DNA of 64,000 nt. Source: Nymphaea colorata. Its lineage: Eukaryota. Below, piece by piece: positions 10,546 to 23,300 of this stretch (position 1 is the first letter of the stretch; each line of letters starts with the position of its first letter). The stretch is from assembly GCF_008831285.2 (NCBI RefSeq), contig NC_045138.2:28768001-28832000 (forward strand), written 5' to 3'. Below the pieces are notes generated by a model. The model worked only from the letters and a program-made list of their open reading frames with translations, was not told the origin of the DNA and made no database searches. The position numbers and the translations under genes were made by a program.

Positions 10546-13500
10546 CTCCCCCTCAAGTTGGGCATACATATCAAACATGCCCAACTTGGATACATTTCTC
10601 TCAAATGGAGTTACACTTAAGGCCTTGGTTAGGATATCAGCAGTTTGGTCTTCAGACTTCATGTATGGTAGCGTTAATTCCTTAGCATCAATTCTTTCTC
10701 TGATGAAGTGACGGTCGATCTCCACATGCTTTGTTCGATCATGAAGAACCGGGTTGTTAGCCAAGTTAATTGCAGACTTGTTATCACAATACATCCTCAT
10801 AGGCCCTTCAATCTCTATTCCAATATCTGTCAGTAAGATCTTCAGCCATAACAATTCTGATACCCCAGTAGCCACAGCCCTATATTCAGCCTCTGCACTC
10901 GAGCGGGAACACACATCTTGTCTCTTGCTTCTCCAAACAACTAAATTTCCCCCCAAGTAGACGCAGTACCCTGAAGTAGATCTTCTGGTGCCAACACAGC
11001 TTGCCCAGTCTGCATCAGAATACCCTTCAACTTCAATAGATCTTTGTTGCACATATAGAAGTCCCTTTCCGGGATTCTTCTTCAAGTAGCACAAAATTCT
11101 ATCTACAGCCTTCAAGTGCATATCTGTAGGTGCATGGATGAACTGGCTCATCACATTTACAGCAAATGTGATATCAGGTCTAGTCAGAGTAAGATAAATC
11201 AGTTTGCCAACTAGACGTTGATATCTCCCTTTAGCTTCTTCACACAATAGTTCTCCATCTTTGCTACCAAGTTTATGCCCAGCATCTATAGGAGTAGAGG
11301 CTGGTCTGCACCCCAGTTTTCCTGTCTCCTTCAGTAGATCCAGGGTATACTTCCTTTGATTAAGTACAAGAGTTGTACCTGATCTAGCAATTTCAATACC
11401 CAGAAAATACTTCAGCTTACCAAGATCTTTTAGATCAAATTCAGTAGATAGTAAACCCTTTAATCTTGCTATCTCTTCCTTATCATCACCTGTAACAATC
11501 ATATCATCAACATAAACCAATAGTAGAGTAACTTTACTCTCTCTTCTCTTTACAAACAGGGTATGATCTCAATTTCCTTGTTTGTAGCCATGTTTCTTCA
11601 TAACAAGTCTGAGCCGTTCAAACCATGCTCGGGGAGACTGTTTCAGCCCATACAAAGCTTTCTTCAATTTACAGCATTTTCCAGGCTTCTCAAAACCTGG
11701 TGGCATGCACATGTACACTTCCTCTTCGAGATCTCCATTGAGAAAGGCATTTTTCACATCAAGTTGGCACATCTCCCAACCCTTCAGCACCGCCAATGAA
11801 ATAATAACTCTAACAGTCTTCATCTTTGCAACAGGAGCAAACGTCTCTAAGTAGTCGATCCCATATTTCTGACTGAACCCCTTGGCCACCAATCGTGCTT
11901 TGTACCTTTCAATGTTCCCATCTGGTTTGTACTTAACAGTGTAGACCCACTTCGACCCAACCAAGTGGGCTGCTTCAGGAATATCAACCACCTCCCATGT
12001 CTGATTTCTGTCTAAAGCTTTCATCTCTTCTTTCATTGCATGAGACCACTTAGTGTCACCCTGAGCCTCTGTAGCATTCCTGGGAATCACAACCACAGCC
12101 AAGGAGGATACAAAATATTTATAGTCAGTGCTCAATCTAGAGTAAGATACGAAGTTACCAATAGGGTGCTGGGTACATGACCTGACACCCTTTCTCAAGG
12201 CAATAGGAAGATCCTCCTTTTCTTTTCCAGTCTGAATTTCTGTTCCAACATCTTGCTTCTGAACACGACTTGGATCATCCAAGGAAGAAGTAGGATTGGG
12301 ATTTGGTGTAACCTCCTCATCATCAATCACCTTGTCAGTACAAGCTCTTCTCCTGGAATACACCTGTCCAAACATACGATTACCCTCTTGTTCTGTCACC
12401 ATAGGATGCTCTCCCTCCTTCTCCTGTTCATGTACATCAGTAGTCGTCCCCTCTTCATCTTTGCCAAGCACCTTGGCAACAGGATTCTCTTCACGCTTGT
12501 AATCCATAAAGTCTGTAAACAGAATTTTCTGTGTGGGAGAATACTCTTCCTTAGACACTAATTTCTCCCCCTGAAGAGAATTCTCACCAAAATAGGAGAC
12601 ATGTTCCAAGAATGTGACATCTTTGGTAATGTGAAGACGACCAGTGGTGGGATCTAGACATTTATAACCTTTTTTAGTGGAAGAATACCCAAAAAAGATG
12701 CCCTTAATAGATTTGGGATCAAGTTTTTTCACATTGGGGCTGTGGTTATGTATGAAACACACACATCCAAAGACTCGAGGAGGAAGGTGGAAAGGTTGAC
12801 TACTCCCTGGAAGCATAGAGTAGGGAGTACGACCCTTTAGCACACGACTAGGCATGTGATTAATCAAGTAGACACTAGTAAGGATTGCATCACCCCAATA
12901 GTATTTTGGGAGATTTCGTTGGAACAGTATGGCTCGGGTGACATTGAGCAACTGACGATTTTTCCTCTCAGCAACCCCATTTTGAGGGGGGGTATAACTA
13001 CAGGATGTCTCATGAACAATCCCCCTCTTTCGAAAGAATTCTTCAACAGTGAGACACAAATATTCACGAGCATTATCAGACCGAAAAGTCTTGACAGAAT
13101 TTCCATACTGGTTTTCCACTAGGAGGATGAAGGTTTCAATAATGTGAGGCACCTCACTACGATCTTTCAACAAATACACAAAGGTACACCTTGAATAATC
13201 ATCTATAAAAGTTATAAAGTATTGAAAACCACCACGAGAATGAATGCCCGAAGGCCCCCACACATCAGAATGAACCAAGGAGAAAGCTTTATTAGAACGA
13301 CTATTGGAAATTGGATAAGAAGCTCTAACATGCTTCGCAAACTGACACACATCACATGATAACATGGAAATGATTAAACAAGAACATAGTTCAGGGAACA
13401 AATGTTTCAAATCCCAAATGGGAGATGACCAAGGCGTTCATGCCAAAACAAAAATAACTGACGACACTCTTCCTCCTTCTCTGTTCTGCTGACTGCTGAC

Positions 13501-14874
13501 ATAAGAGCTGTGACAACGCGTATAGGAAGCCGATACATCCCATCAGACACCAAACCAATCCCAATCCTCTTCCCGGTCACCAAGTCCTGCAAAACACAAC
13601 GTTTTTCAGAAAATATAAGCTCACACTTTAGTTCCTTGGTAATCTTACTAACAGATAACAAATTTAAGGGAAGATGGGGAACATGTAAGGCATCATGAAC
13701 TAAAAAGTTATTTAACAAGGAAAGACTCCCTTTCCCTGCCACAGAAGTAAAGGAACCATCGGCAAGGGACACACGTTCCTTTCCCGAGGATAGCTTGTAG
13801 TCATGGAAAAGCTTGGGGTTGCTAGTCATGTGATGAGTGGCACCGCTGTCAACAATCCATTCACCCATATAAGAAGTACCTTCTCCCCCTGAAACAGCCA
13901 ATGCCTAATTGATCTTCACCTCATCTGGTGTATCTGCCTGACCAACATCAATCTTGCTCAGATATGCTCGTAGCTCACGAATCTGTTCAGCAGAAATAGA
14001 ACCTTTCCCATCACTCAGACTTGTTGCAGACGATACAGGCTTCTTTCCACTAGAAGACCTTCCCCTACTATCCTTCTTTTCTGGATACAGGTCCCAACAA
14101 AAATCCCTAGTATGACCAAATTTTTTGCAATGTGTACATTTTCGGGAAGAACGAGGAGTTCCCACAGGGGCACGGCTAACATAGGCAGACTGTTCTTCCC
14201 CCTTTCGTCCACTAGAAAGCAGCCTTCTCTGTTCTTCAGCTTCAACCGGGAATAGACATCTTCAATACTAAATGATTCGTCAGAGTTAAGAATTTGACTC
14301 TTTATATTTTCAAAGTCATCATTCAGGCCGGATAAGAAAAGGAATACCCTGTTTTCCCATTTATCAGTCATGTACTGCATCTGGTCGTGAGGACATCTCC
14401 ATGTAATATCAGAGTGATAGTCAAGGTCCTCCCACTTAGATTTTAATGCTGCATAAAAGTCTGCAACCGAGAGAGCACCTTGTCGCAGGGAATACACATC
14501 CTTCATACACACGAACTTTCCTTTTCTTTTGGCCATACATCTGCTCCAAAATAATCCACATATCCCTTGCAGTCTTCTTACGAAGAATGAGGGGTTGGAT
14601 ATCCGGGGACACTGAATTGACAATCCAGGTTTTGACCTGGTTGTCTTCAAGAAACCATGTATCCCAAGCCAGACTATCTGCAGCAGGTTCAACCTTTCTC
14701 CCATTCACATAGGCAATGCGTCCTCGCCCAGCAATCCCCATAGTAATCGCAGCAGACCATCGGGAATAGTTCTCCTTGGTAAGTTGAATGGTGGTAACTT
14801 GAACCGGTACATGATCAGTCCGCGCAGACACAACATCAGGTAGTAGTGACTGAAGAAGAAGACGAGTCAGCCAT
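10540..14874 (-). pseudogene. Element D gag-pol, disrupted
   Basis: Gag fragments (LTKENYSRWS; CTHCKKFGHTRDFC), protease WIVDSGATHH, integrase and RT 11569..13410, RT/RNase H 10540..11520. In-frame stops at 13905-13907 and 11569-11571, plus frameshifts in gag and near 13410. Confidence 0.92.
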
Positions 14875-15292
14875 GATCACCAGGTAGAAGTGGCTGCCAA
14901 AGAACACACACAGCAGCAGTAACCTAGAGAAGAGGTGAGATGACGCAGTCGGGGATCAACGGCGGAAGCGGTGGGAGCAGCGGAAGCAGAGGGCGGCGCT
15001 TGGCAGCGCGCGCCGAGAACAGGCGACGGTGTTGGACGTCGGCGTCGGTGGTCGGACGTCGGCGTCGGCAAAGGCGTCAGCAGAGACGTTGGCGTCGGCA
15101 GTCACGACACCAACGACGCAGCAGCGGCAGTCACGGCCACGGCGGGGCAGCGACGGAGGCCGTTACGGTGCGGCGACAGTGGCGGCGGTGGTGGTAGCGA
15201 CGGTGGTAGCGGCGGCGGCAGTCAGGGTTGGAACTTCACAACCATAGAAAAAACAGATTTTGTTTTCTCCAAGTCCGACGGCTCTGATACCA

Positions 15293-15533
15293 TGTAGAAA
15301 TAAAATGTGCACGAGAGTAGAAGAAAGCACACAGATGTAACGTGGAAAACCCTCAACGCGAGGGAAGAAAAACCACGGGTGAGGAGGTCTGGTGTCCACT
15401 AGCCTCCAGACACTCTCTCTCTTCAAAACTTCATTAACTCAAAGATTAGGGTTTACAGAGATATAAGTAAGTCCTAATTAGGACAAACCGGATCGGGTAC
15501 GGATCCGGACCCGAACAACAAAACCCGTCAACA
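15293..15533 (-). repeat. 5' LTR of element D (241 bp)
   Basis: Direct repeat of 10306-10545; next to the PBS. Confidence 0.95.
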
Positions 15534-17062
15534 CGGGTTTTAAATGACGAGGTTTCTCAGGTATGATACAGCAAGTTTGATTAAAAAAAATGAAAAAAAT
15601 ATGGCATTTTTTTCAAATTTTAAGAATCTTAAAAGTTAGGGAAAAAATGAAATAAATAGGAAACTAATAAGACAACATCTAAAAATAAGTACATAAGAAA
15701 CAAATAAAAATTAGAAAATGGAAAGAAGCAGGCCAGCATTAAAAAATGTTAAAAACATGGGAAAACATGAAGAAAGCGTGTTTTTTTTTCATTTTGACAT
15801 TTAAAAAAAATGTTGTCTTTTTGCCTTTTCGGGTGACATGTTTTTTTTGTGTTTTTAACTTTTTAACACATTTTTCTGAAAGAAACATGTCTTTCCTTGT
15901 TATGGTTTTAAAGCTGAATATCTGACTAGTGGCCATAGCAACAACAACAATCAAAATTGTATGGTTGAAGCAGTTAATTCAAGATATAGGGCTTGTTCAT
16001 AAATACACCAAACATGTATGTCGTGATATCAAAAGTGCTGTTGACATGGAGGGTAGACAACCCATCGAAATAGACTGTCAATATATTCAGGGAGAACATC
16101 TGAAGAAAACTATGAACTTACCATATGTGATTGGGACCTTCAAATTTCAATTGGAAGCTTCTTCCCTACTGCCTTGTATCCTCCAAGGTTAAATTTCTTA
16201 TTAAAACAAACTTTCAGTTGTGACATCATAATTTTGAGTGGGGTGCTAAAAAATTATTGCATATGTATATATATTAAATATAAGTCATTGTATATGTATA
16301 TCATTGTTCTATATGTGTTTACACACATGTGCGCACACACACACGCACACACACGTGTGTGTGTGTGTGTGTTCTTTTCTATTTTTATCTTTCATATTTT
16401 TGTGTCTTTTATTTGTTTATTTTATATTATTCTGTTTCACTGCAGCACTTCTAGCCATTTGAGGCTCCAGTGCTAGCTGTCGGAAAAACACCAACAGCCA
16501 GTTAATCAGTTACCTTTCTCTATAAAAAGAGTCTGCCATCAATTGTGTATTCCAAGCACTTCTGAAGCATTCTCTTGTGCAATACATTATTCTTTTGTGC
16601 CTTAGTGCACAACTTTTTGCTTCAAATCAATCGAGTCTGTCTTTTCTGAGGTTTTGGATTCGAGAAATATAGATACAATAAAAAGCCAAGAAAATAACTA
16701 CTCACACATTGCTTACAACTATTATCATCTCATGCACTAAAAAGATGAACTTTATCAAGACAGGAAGATTTTGAATAAGGGTAATTGTGGAGTCATAATA
16801 TCTAACTGCTGAAGAATGAAAATAAAAATTCTCATCAGTATTCTAGGTCCTCCAATAAATTGGATCCTCAGGAAGTTCAGGACTGGTGACACCTTTTTTG
16901 CTTGGTTTAAAGACAACAGCCACTGCTGACAGCACACCAATAAGACTCCCAAAGCATCATACTGACCATTATGATAATCATTAATCTGCTGTGGTTATCT
17001 TACACATTAGGTTAGATACGACCAAAACAATAAAATTTGGGTCCTAAAGTGCACGAAGAAGA

Positions 17063-17251
17063 GGGAACATCTGAATCATAAATTTAAGATGTGAAGAAAG
17101 ATCTCCACAACAACACAGATGTAGGAACAGTATCTGATCCATAAATTTAAGGTGAGGAAAAAGATCTCCACAACAACACAAGATGTGGGAACAGTATCTG
17201 ATCCATAAATTTAAGATGTGGAAAAAGATCTCCACAACAACACAAGGTGTA
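17063..17251. repeat. Tandem repeat, about 3 copies of a 63-64 bp unit
   Basis: ATAAATTTAAG...AAGATCTCCACAACAACACA recurs at 17078, 17141 and 17205. Confidence 0.9.
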
Positions 17252-17345
17252 GTGAGTTGTATGCTAAGGACCTAAAACTTGAAATAACTAGAGAGGATAT
17301 AAGAAAATTTTCAAATAAATTTCAAAGTGAATACGCAAAGCATAC

Positions 17346-20300
17346 CTTCTTTCCAGTTTTTTGAGCATCTAAAGCATCATAAAAGATGTTAGTTAACCGA
17401 AGCATTTTTTTTGTTAGGCATCTTCTCTCCTCTTCACAGTCATCTCCAAGGGTCAATAAACGATCCATGTAGGCTAACCAGCTGTCCGCCGCCATACTTA
17501 TAGTATTGCTGAAGGACAAAAACGAGAAAAACAGTTTAAAAACCAAAAGGATAATAATAAGCCTTCCCTATCCAACAAAGAAACACATACTCATATACAG
17601 ATATTTAGTTCTTTATACTGTATGCAGGAAGGAAAAGAAAAAAGCAATATAACAACAGTAGGAGAGCTGATTTTATGGGTTTGCTTCTGTTTAACCATCT
17701 CCAGATGTAGATATTGATTTGTGAATAAGGCATAGGATGGCCAATTTACTGTAGCTTCAGCTTGGGAACTTGGTCCCTCCTTTCATAAAAATGATGAATC
17801 AGATATTTCCGATTCAAAGTATGGTTTTGAACATTATTAATGCTACAAGAGGTGAATTTTGCCAATTGAAACACTTTCTTTCATGAAACCTAAATGGTGA
17901 ACCATGGCTTTCTCAATCTACAGCTATCCTTCTCATATATATTTACCAGTTCTCAGCCATTGTCATTAGTTTTGAAATTTAGATTTCAACTTCTCATACC
18001 TCGGATGGAACCGATTTGCTAAAAAAGTACTGAAAAGCTCTCTTTCCAGCTCCACTGGGGATGAAGGCAGGGGCTTTACAGACTGCTTTGCTGCAGAAGG
18101 AGGACGCTCCCATGGTCTGCTGGACCGGAAGGAGGACAGCAACTGGAAACAAATTAAGGTGACAATTCACAAATGAAATATAAACCCTAGAAAAATAACA
18201 TGGTGAGCAACTCATAGATGTACGCATCCAATGTCTCCTAGTTCATAATGACCACCTTTTAACCCACTTTCCGTCTCCCCTTTTCCCTTCCTTTTTCCTT
18301 GTCAACACAGAATTGCAAAATAAGTCAACAATCCTACCAACCAGTATCGATCCACCCAAGAAATTTTCTTGCAACGCAGTTGCTATCAGCCATGCCCACT
18401 TTGCATAAGTGGCAATTCCTCTCATGAGGGCCCCAATAAATGCATAGTTATGTAAGCCAAATCAGTCTAAAACAATAGAATCTACCTTTTAACTTGACAT
18501 GGGAAGTACCAGCTAAAAAAACACAATCAAAAGAAGAAACAATCAAGTGGTGCCATTATTTTAAGGATTAAAATGAATATACGGTTTGCAACAGCATATC
18601 GGGGTTCAATTGGAGATTCCTGTCAACATATAAATACCAACATGTTTTTGCCAACAAGCTTTCTCATGTCCCCATGTGTGCATAGCAAAATGCAAATATA
18701 ATCTTATTTTACAGTTTCTATGCATGTATGAAAACTTTGGATATATGTCTAATGATCATTTATATTTGATTTGTATAAACGTGAATATATATACATATAT
18801 ATATATAGATTACCTGGACATAGGTTTATTCTTATGTATTTTTATTCTTCTTATGTATTTTTATTCTTCTTTATGTATTTTTGTTTTTATTCTGCTGTTC
18901 TGCTAAACTGTAGTTTGGCTGCTGCTGAAATAGCCATTGGAACTAGTCCAATAGCTAGTTCCTTCTTCTTCACTCTAACCTTATGTAATCTCTATAAATT
19001 AAGCGATTTCGTATCCACATTCAGGTATGGCCTGAGTGTCAGTTGTAGCTTGCTTTTTTATTAATATATATATATTCTGATTCTTCCAAATTTGAGGAAA
19101 ATGAAATTCGTGATTCAAGAGTCTGTGCCTATTCTTTCAAAGTGTGTGCTCTGGTTTACATCAAGATCCTGTTTCAGGATCCTATCTGCTCATTTTTGTC
19201 TTATCTATTCATTTTTGTCAAAGCATGAAAAGAAAGAAAAGCCAACTGGCACTAGCACTGCAGCCATATGAGTCAAGCCATAGATGAGGCATATAGCTAC
19301 TATACAATCATTCAAGTAATGGTGATAGCAACCATCCATCACGCATTAATGGCCTCCCCTTGTACTATGTTTAGTTTCTTAAGTCTTCCGTTCAGCTAAT
19401 GCAAAGTCCCTTGAGTAAAAAAAAAAAAAAAAAAAGGTTTTAAACATCGTAGCTTGTCTGTCTCGAAGGACAGAGTGCCAAGATATAAGAAGATGAACCA
19501 CACATTATTTTCTTCATGCAAGCTTTATGACCCACATGGCCATATCTATGGCATCTAAATTTGGAACTCTCAAAGGACTCTTTCCATGTATAATGTATTG
19601 GTGACTTGTGCTGTTTGCATAAACTTTTTTTACTACCTACCAGCCTGTACACTAGACCAAGAAAGAAGACATGCCTAGCATGCTTGAATTTGACCAAATT
19701 AATCTCTATGCAAGTTGATCCATCGATCAGAACAATCACGAGTTATGTATCATCTACTCTCCATTGATTTAACTAATTTCATAGCTTTGTTCGCTCCTTG
19801 CGTTTAGATTTTGAATTGACCAGAAAGCCTCCTAGATCTTCCCTTCTAATCACACTTTTCATGAATCAATAGTGTAACATAGCAGGGAATAATTGCATTT
19901 CATTATATGCAGATTGCTTAATCCACCACCATCTCAACTACATAAAAATACTCCTACACCCTTATACCACTCAATCTGATTAAAAACATCAAACTAGGGA
20001 TTCAAGCAACTCAGCCTTCAGTTAACCAAGTCTTTTGAAAATGACATCCCAAACTCAAATTCTTCGCATAAGGAACAAGCTACTTTAGTGTAATTGCCCT
20101 ATCTTCTCTCGATTAAAAAACTGCCAGGAACAGTGGTACTTCATCAAGAAGAACAGTCAACAACTTTAAAATCATTGTCATGCAAAAAAGGAGAGCATTG
20201 CATCCCACAAATACAAAGACTTTACTCTTGAGTAGGTGCCACTTTATGAGTTTTCAATCCAACATGAAACAAACAGAACCAAAATGTTTTCATGTCTAAA

Positions 20301-23300
20301 CCATCACACATGAAGTTCTAGAGAGGCAGTGAGATTATGCCTTGCATTTGTTACAAGTGAAACTTACGAGATGCTACAGCCAAAATCTTTCAGTATTCCT
20401 CACTTTCAAAGCATTTTTTTCCTTATTGCCTCTTTCCAATACTCCTAAGATTTTCCTTCTAATGCATGCATTAACAAAAGCATAAAAAGTTTCCCCAAGC
20501 TGACTCAGCCATGTATAAACCACACAGCAAGAGCAAACCAAACAAAGCACATAATATATCTACATGCACTATTATAGTTACTTCCAGGAATGATAAAGAA
20601 GAAAATTTAACTTAGTGGCTAATCCACAAATGTTGTTTTTCACCTTGGAGTTCAATGATACCCAGTACATGTCACCATCAAAATCACTATTAGCTATTTC
20701 ATCAGCTGCTGACCGAGGACCTTGGGTAGGAAAGAAGATGGCAAATTTTGAATTTCCAACAAAATTTGGTAACTCCTCAATATAAGTAGATGAAAATCTA
20801 TGGATGTCCCCAAAATGCAATCCAGGATGCTTGTAAACCAAAACTTCACCCACTATTTGCCCATGATCCCTAAAAGGTGGAGAAAGACAAGTTTTCAGAA
20901 CTAGAAACATAATTGCAAATGCAAAACATAGACATCTCTTAAGCCAGCAAAAAGTCACATCACAAAATATATCTCAAACTACAACATATTCTGGACTCAA
21001 GTAAGTGCCTAGAATAGGCAAAAAGATATTATTTCTCACCAGCAAGAAAAAAGAAGATGAATTCGATATAATTTGCCATGCCCACAAAATGGAAAATATG
21101 CATCAAAGAAAAAGAACAAAACAAAAGCAACAAAAAGGAAAAATAGTCAAAGAAACATCTTGCAAACAATGGAACACAGAAAAGCAACTCATCCAGACTC
21201 CTGAATTGTCATAAAGCAAAGCAGCTCTGAAAGAAGCACTTGGGCAGAAGATGAATAAAAGATTACTAAGAAACGAGTGGTCAGAAGAAAGAAGAAAGAA
21301 ATAGAAAAAATGAATGAATCAAAACAAGTTTTTATGGTTAAACATATCAAATCTAAATAGAAAACCATGTCCTAAAAAATAGCTTGGTTCAAGATTATCA
21401 CTAGCAATACCACAATGCAACTAAAATAACAGAAATGCACTTACAAAATAATGCAGACTTGATTGGATCTAAGCTTTCCAGTAGGATCAACAGTGCCCAT
21501 CAAATAGTAGCAGTCCGAAATATAAACTTTTCCTTCTTTGAGACGCTTCCTTTCCTCTCTCAACAGACTGGACAATTTAAGTTGCAAATATGGTTCATCC
21601 AAGGGAATCCCAACCAAAAGCATCCTCACTAAGACATCACTCATCTCAGGATACTTCAAAGCAGCTGTTATGCCACATGAAATCAATGACATTTAGAGAT
21701 ATTTGATACATGAAAAAAAATTCAACCAATCAGCCATAAACTTGTAACTCAAGGTATAAACCCTGAAAAATACATTTGAACAAACTAACCAAATTCACCA
21801 AAAGAAAATATTATTACACTTCATGTTTATTTGAATAAAGCATGGACATAAACTTGTTCTTTCAATTAAAGAAGGAATTAAAGGGGTTTATGTACCTTTA
21901 AGTGCAGAATATGGATTGGAGTATGCATGTTTAGCATCGTCTAGTGCATCTGTCACAAGTCCCAGAAAGAAATCTTTGGGAACACCACCATAACTTAGCA
22001 ACGCAATTAAATATCTTGAGAGAAATGTCTTCTTAGGACGAACACTGCATTACAATTTAGCATTAGAAAAAATTCCAACCAGATTCTCAAACCACAAGAA
22101 ATATGATTATCTCATTATCTGACTACATCTTCAGTAGTAATCAGCTCCAGAATAATTATGGTATCCTCAATCAGATGAAACATGACATTCAGAAAGACTA
22201 GAGAATGTCCACAATAGAGTAGCATTACATCCAAAATTTGTTTGAAATTTTAAATGATAACATATGCACACTTTTATCCATGTTAACTGCCTCATCCTGG
22301 ATAAGGGTTGCACCAATTGGGTTAGAGCAGTGTGTGTGGTTGAGTTTTTTTCTTGTAGAATGTGGAAGTTAGCAGGTGGCTGCTAACAATTGGTATCAGA
22401 GCCAATTTCTCAAGGGGTTCAGGTCGGCAGATTATGGCTGGTCGATTGGAACAGGTGGAGAGTACCTTCGCAAGGATCAATGGAAAGTTGGACCAGATGG
22501 ACGAGAAGTTGCAGATGATACTGCTAAGACAGCCGCAGATGAGGGTATTGCTTGAAGAAAGGCTTCATGGTATGTATGAGCACTCGGGTGTCTTCTGAAG
22601 ACGTCTTCATGACTTGGCAGCAACAAGGCAAAGTAAAATACCAGGATGACAGGGCGGAGATGCAACCACCCTCAGACCAACTGGGTGCATTCACTGCCAT
22701 ATGGTCAGGCGTTCACAAAACATATGTGTTCCAGGAGATTCTTGGAATCTCCAATAATGAGGAAAACGGCTCCAGTTCTGCCACTGAGCCGCTCTCAGTG
22801 TTGACCCACCTTGCACAATAAATTACAATCAAGGGAGCAAGCAAGAGGCACATTGGGAATAGGAAGAATTTCAAGAAGGCGTTCCACAATGCCGCCTCTC
22901 AGATGGGTGTTTCCACCCTTCCATTGTTCTCCGGCGACAAGATCAGCGGCATTGGCGTCTTGGTTCGATCACCCAGGGACTATGCTATCTTCATAACAAT
23001 AGCACCTAAAACACTCACCCACACGCACTACTCTAACCCAGTTAGAGCGACCCTCACAAAGGAGAACCCCTATTACATCCATAACCTTAATTGCACCCCC
23101 AATTCCCTTGTTTATAGCCATCTTCTAGGTCAGTCCAGTAGACCTGATTCAGACCCAATTTTGGATCCGAACCCTGGACACTAACAATAATGGTTTGCAC
23201 TTTGCATGAACTTCATTGTAAAACATATATACTTTTGCTTTAGGATTTACATGGGTTCCTCATTTGAGGTGGGAATATCTCTCCTTGGAGGTGCCACAGT

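Larger units (their letters stand above)
10306..15533 (-). mobile_element. Full-length Ty1/copia element 'D' (Ale/Retrofit-like, 5228 bp)
   Basis: TG..CA LTRs at 10306-10545 and 15293-15533 (3 substitutions, 1 indel); TSD CGGGT at 10301-10305 and 15534-15538; perfect tRNA-Met PBS at 15281-15292; PPT at 10546-10554; pol ends QLEGEC* in the LTR. Confidence 0.97.
10280..15904. mobile_element. MITE (CATAG-ended family) inserted in C and split by element D (10280-10305 plus 15534-15904)
   Basis: CATAGCCACAAATATCATTTTCGGGT joined to TTTAAATGACGAGGTTTCTC aligns with the uninterrupted copy at 26891-27193. Removing it restores C's frame (KVSLALIK|AEY). Degenerate ~8-bp flanking repeat GATTAAAG/TTTTAAAG. 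Confidence 0.7.
8679..16717 (+). mobile_element. Old, heavily decayed copia element 'C' (related to B); visible parts 8679-10279 and 15905-~16717
   Basis: Degenerate integrase (PDYKRSRVF..KCFV) right after A's LTR; RT remnants 9200-10270 including KCKKQQKVSL, identical to B; RNase H remnant (IVWLKQLIQDIG) 15930-16230; PPT-like GAGTGGGG at 16236-16243, then a decayed LTR from ~16244. The LTR end is approximate. Confidence 0.8.

Noticed and set aside
14940..15297. Gly/Arg/Ala-rich ORFs
   Set aside because: They arise from the low-complexity GC-rich leader of element D between the PBS and gag.
17063..17251. Possible CRISPR-like array
   Set aside because: The units are contiguous with no unique spacers, there are no cas genes, and the context is eukaryotic.
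21735..21762. Possible small RDR exon after a TTTTCAG acceptor
   Set aside because: It hits an in-frame TGA within five codons, and the flanking exons already join in phase.
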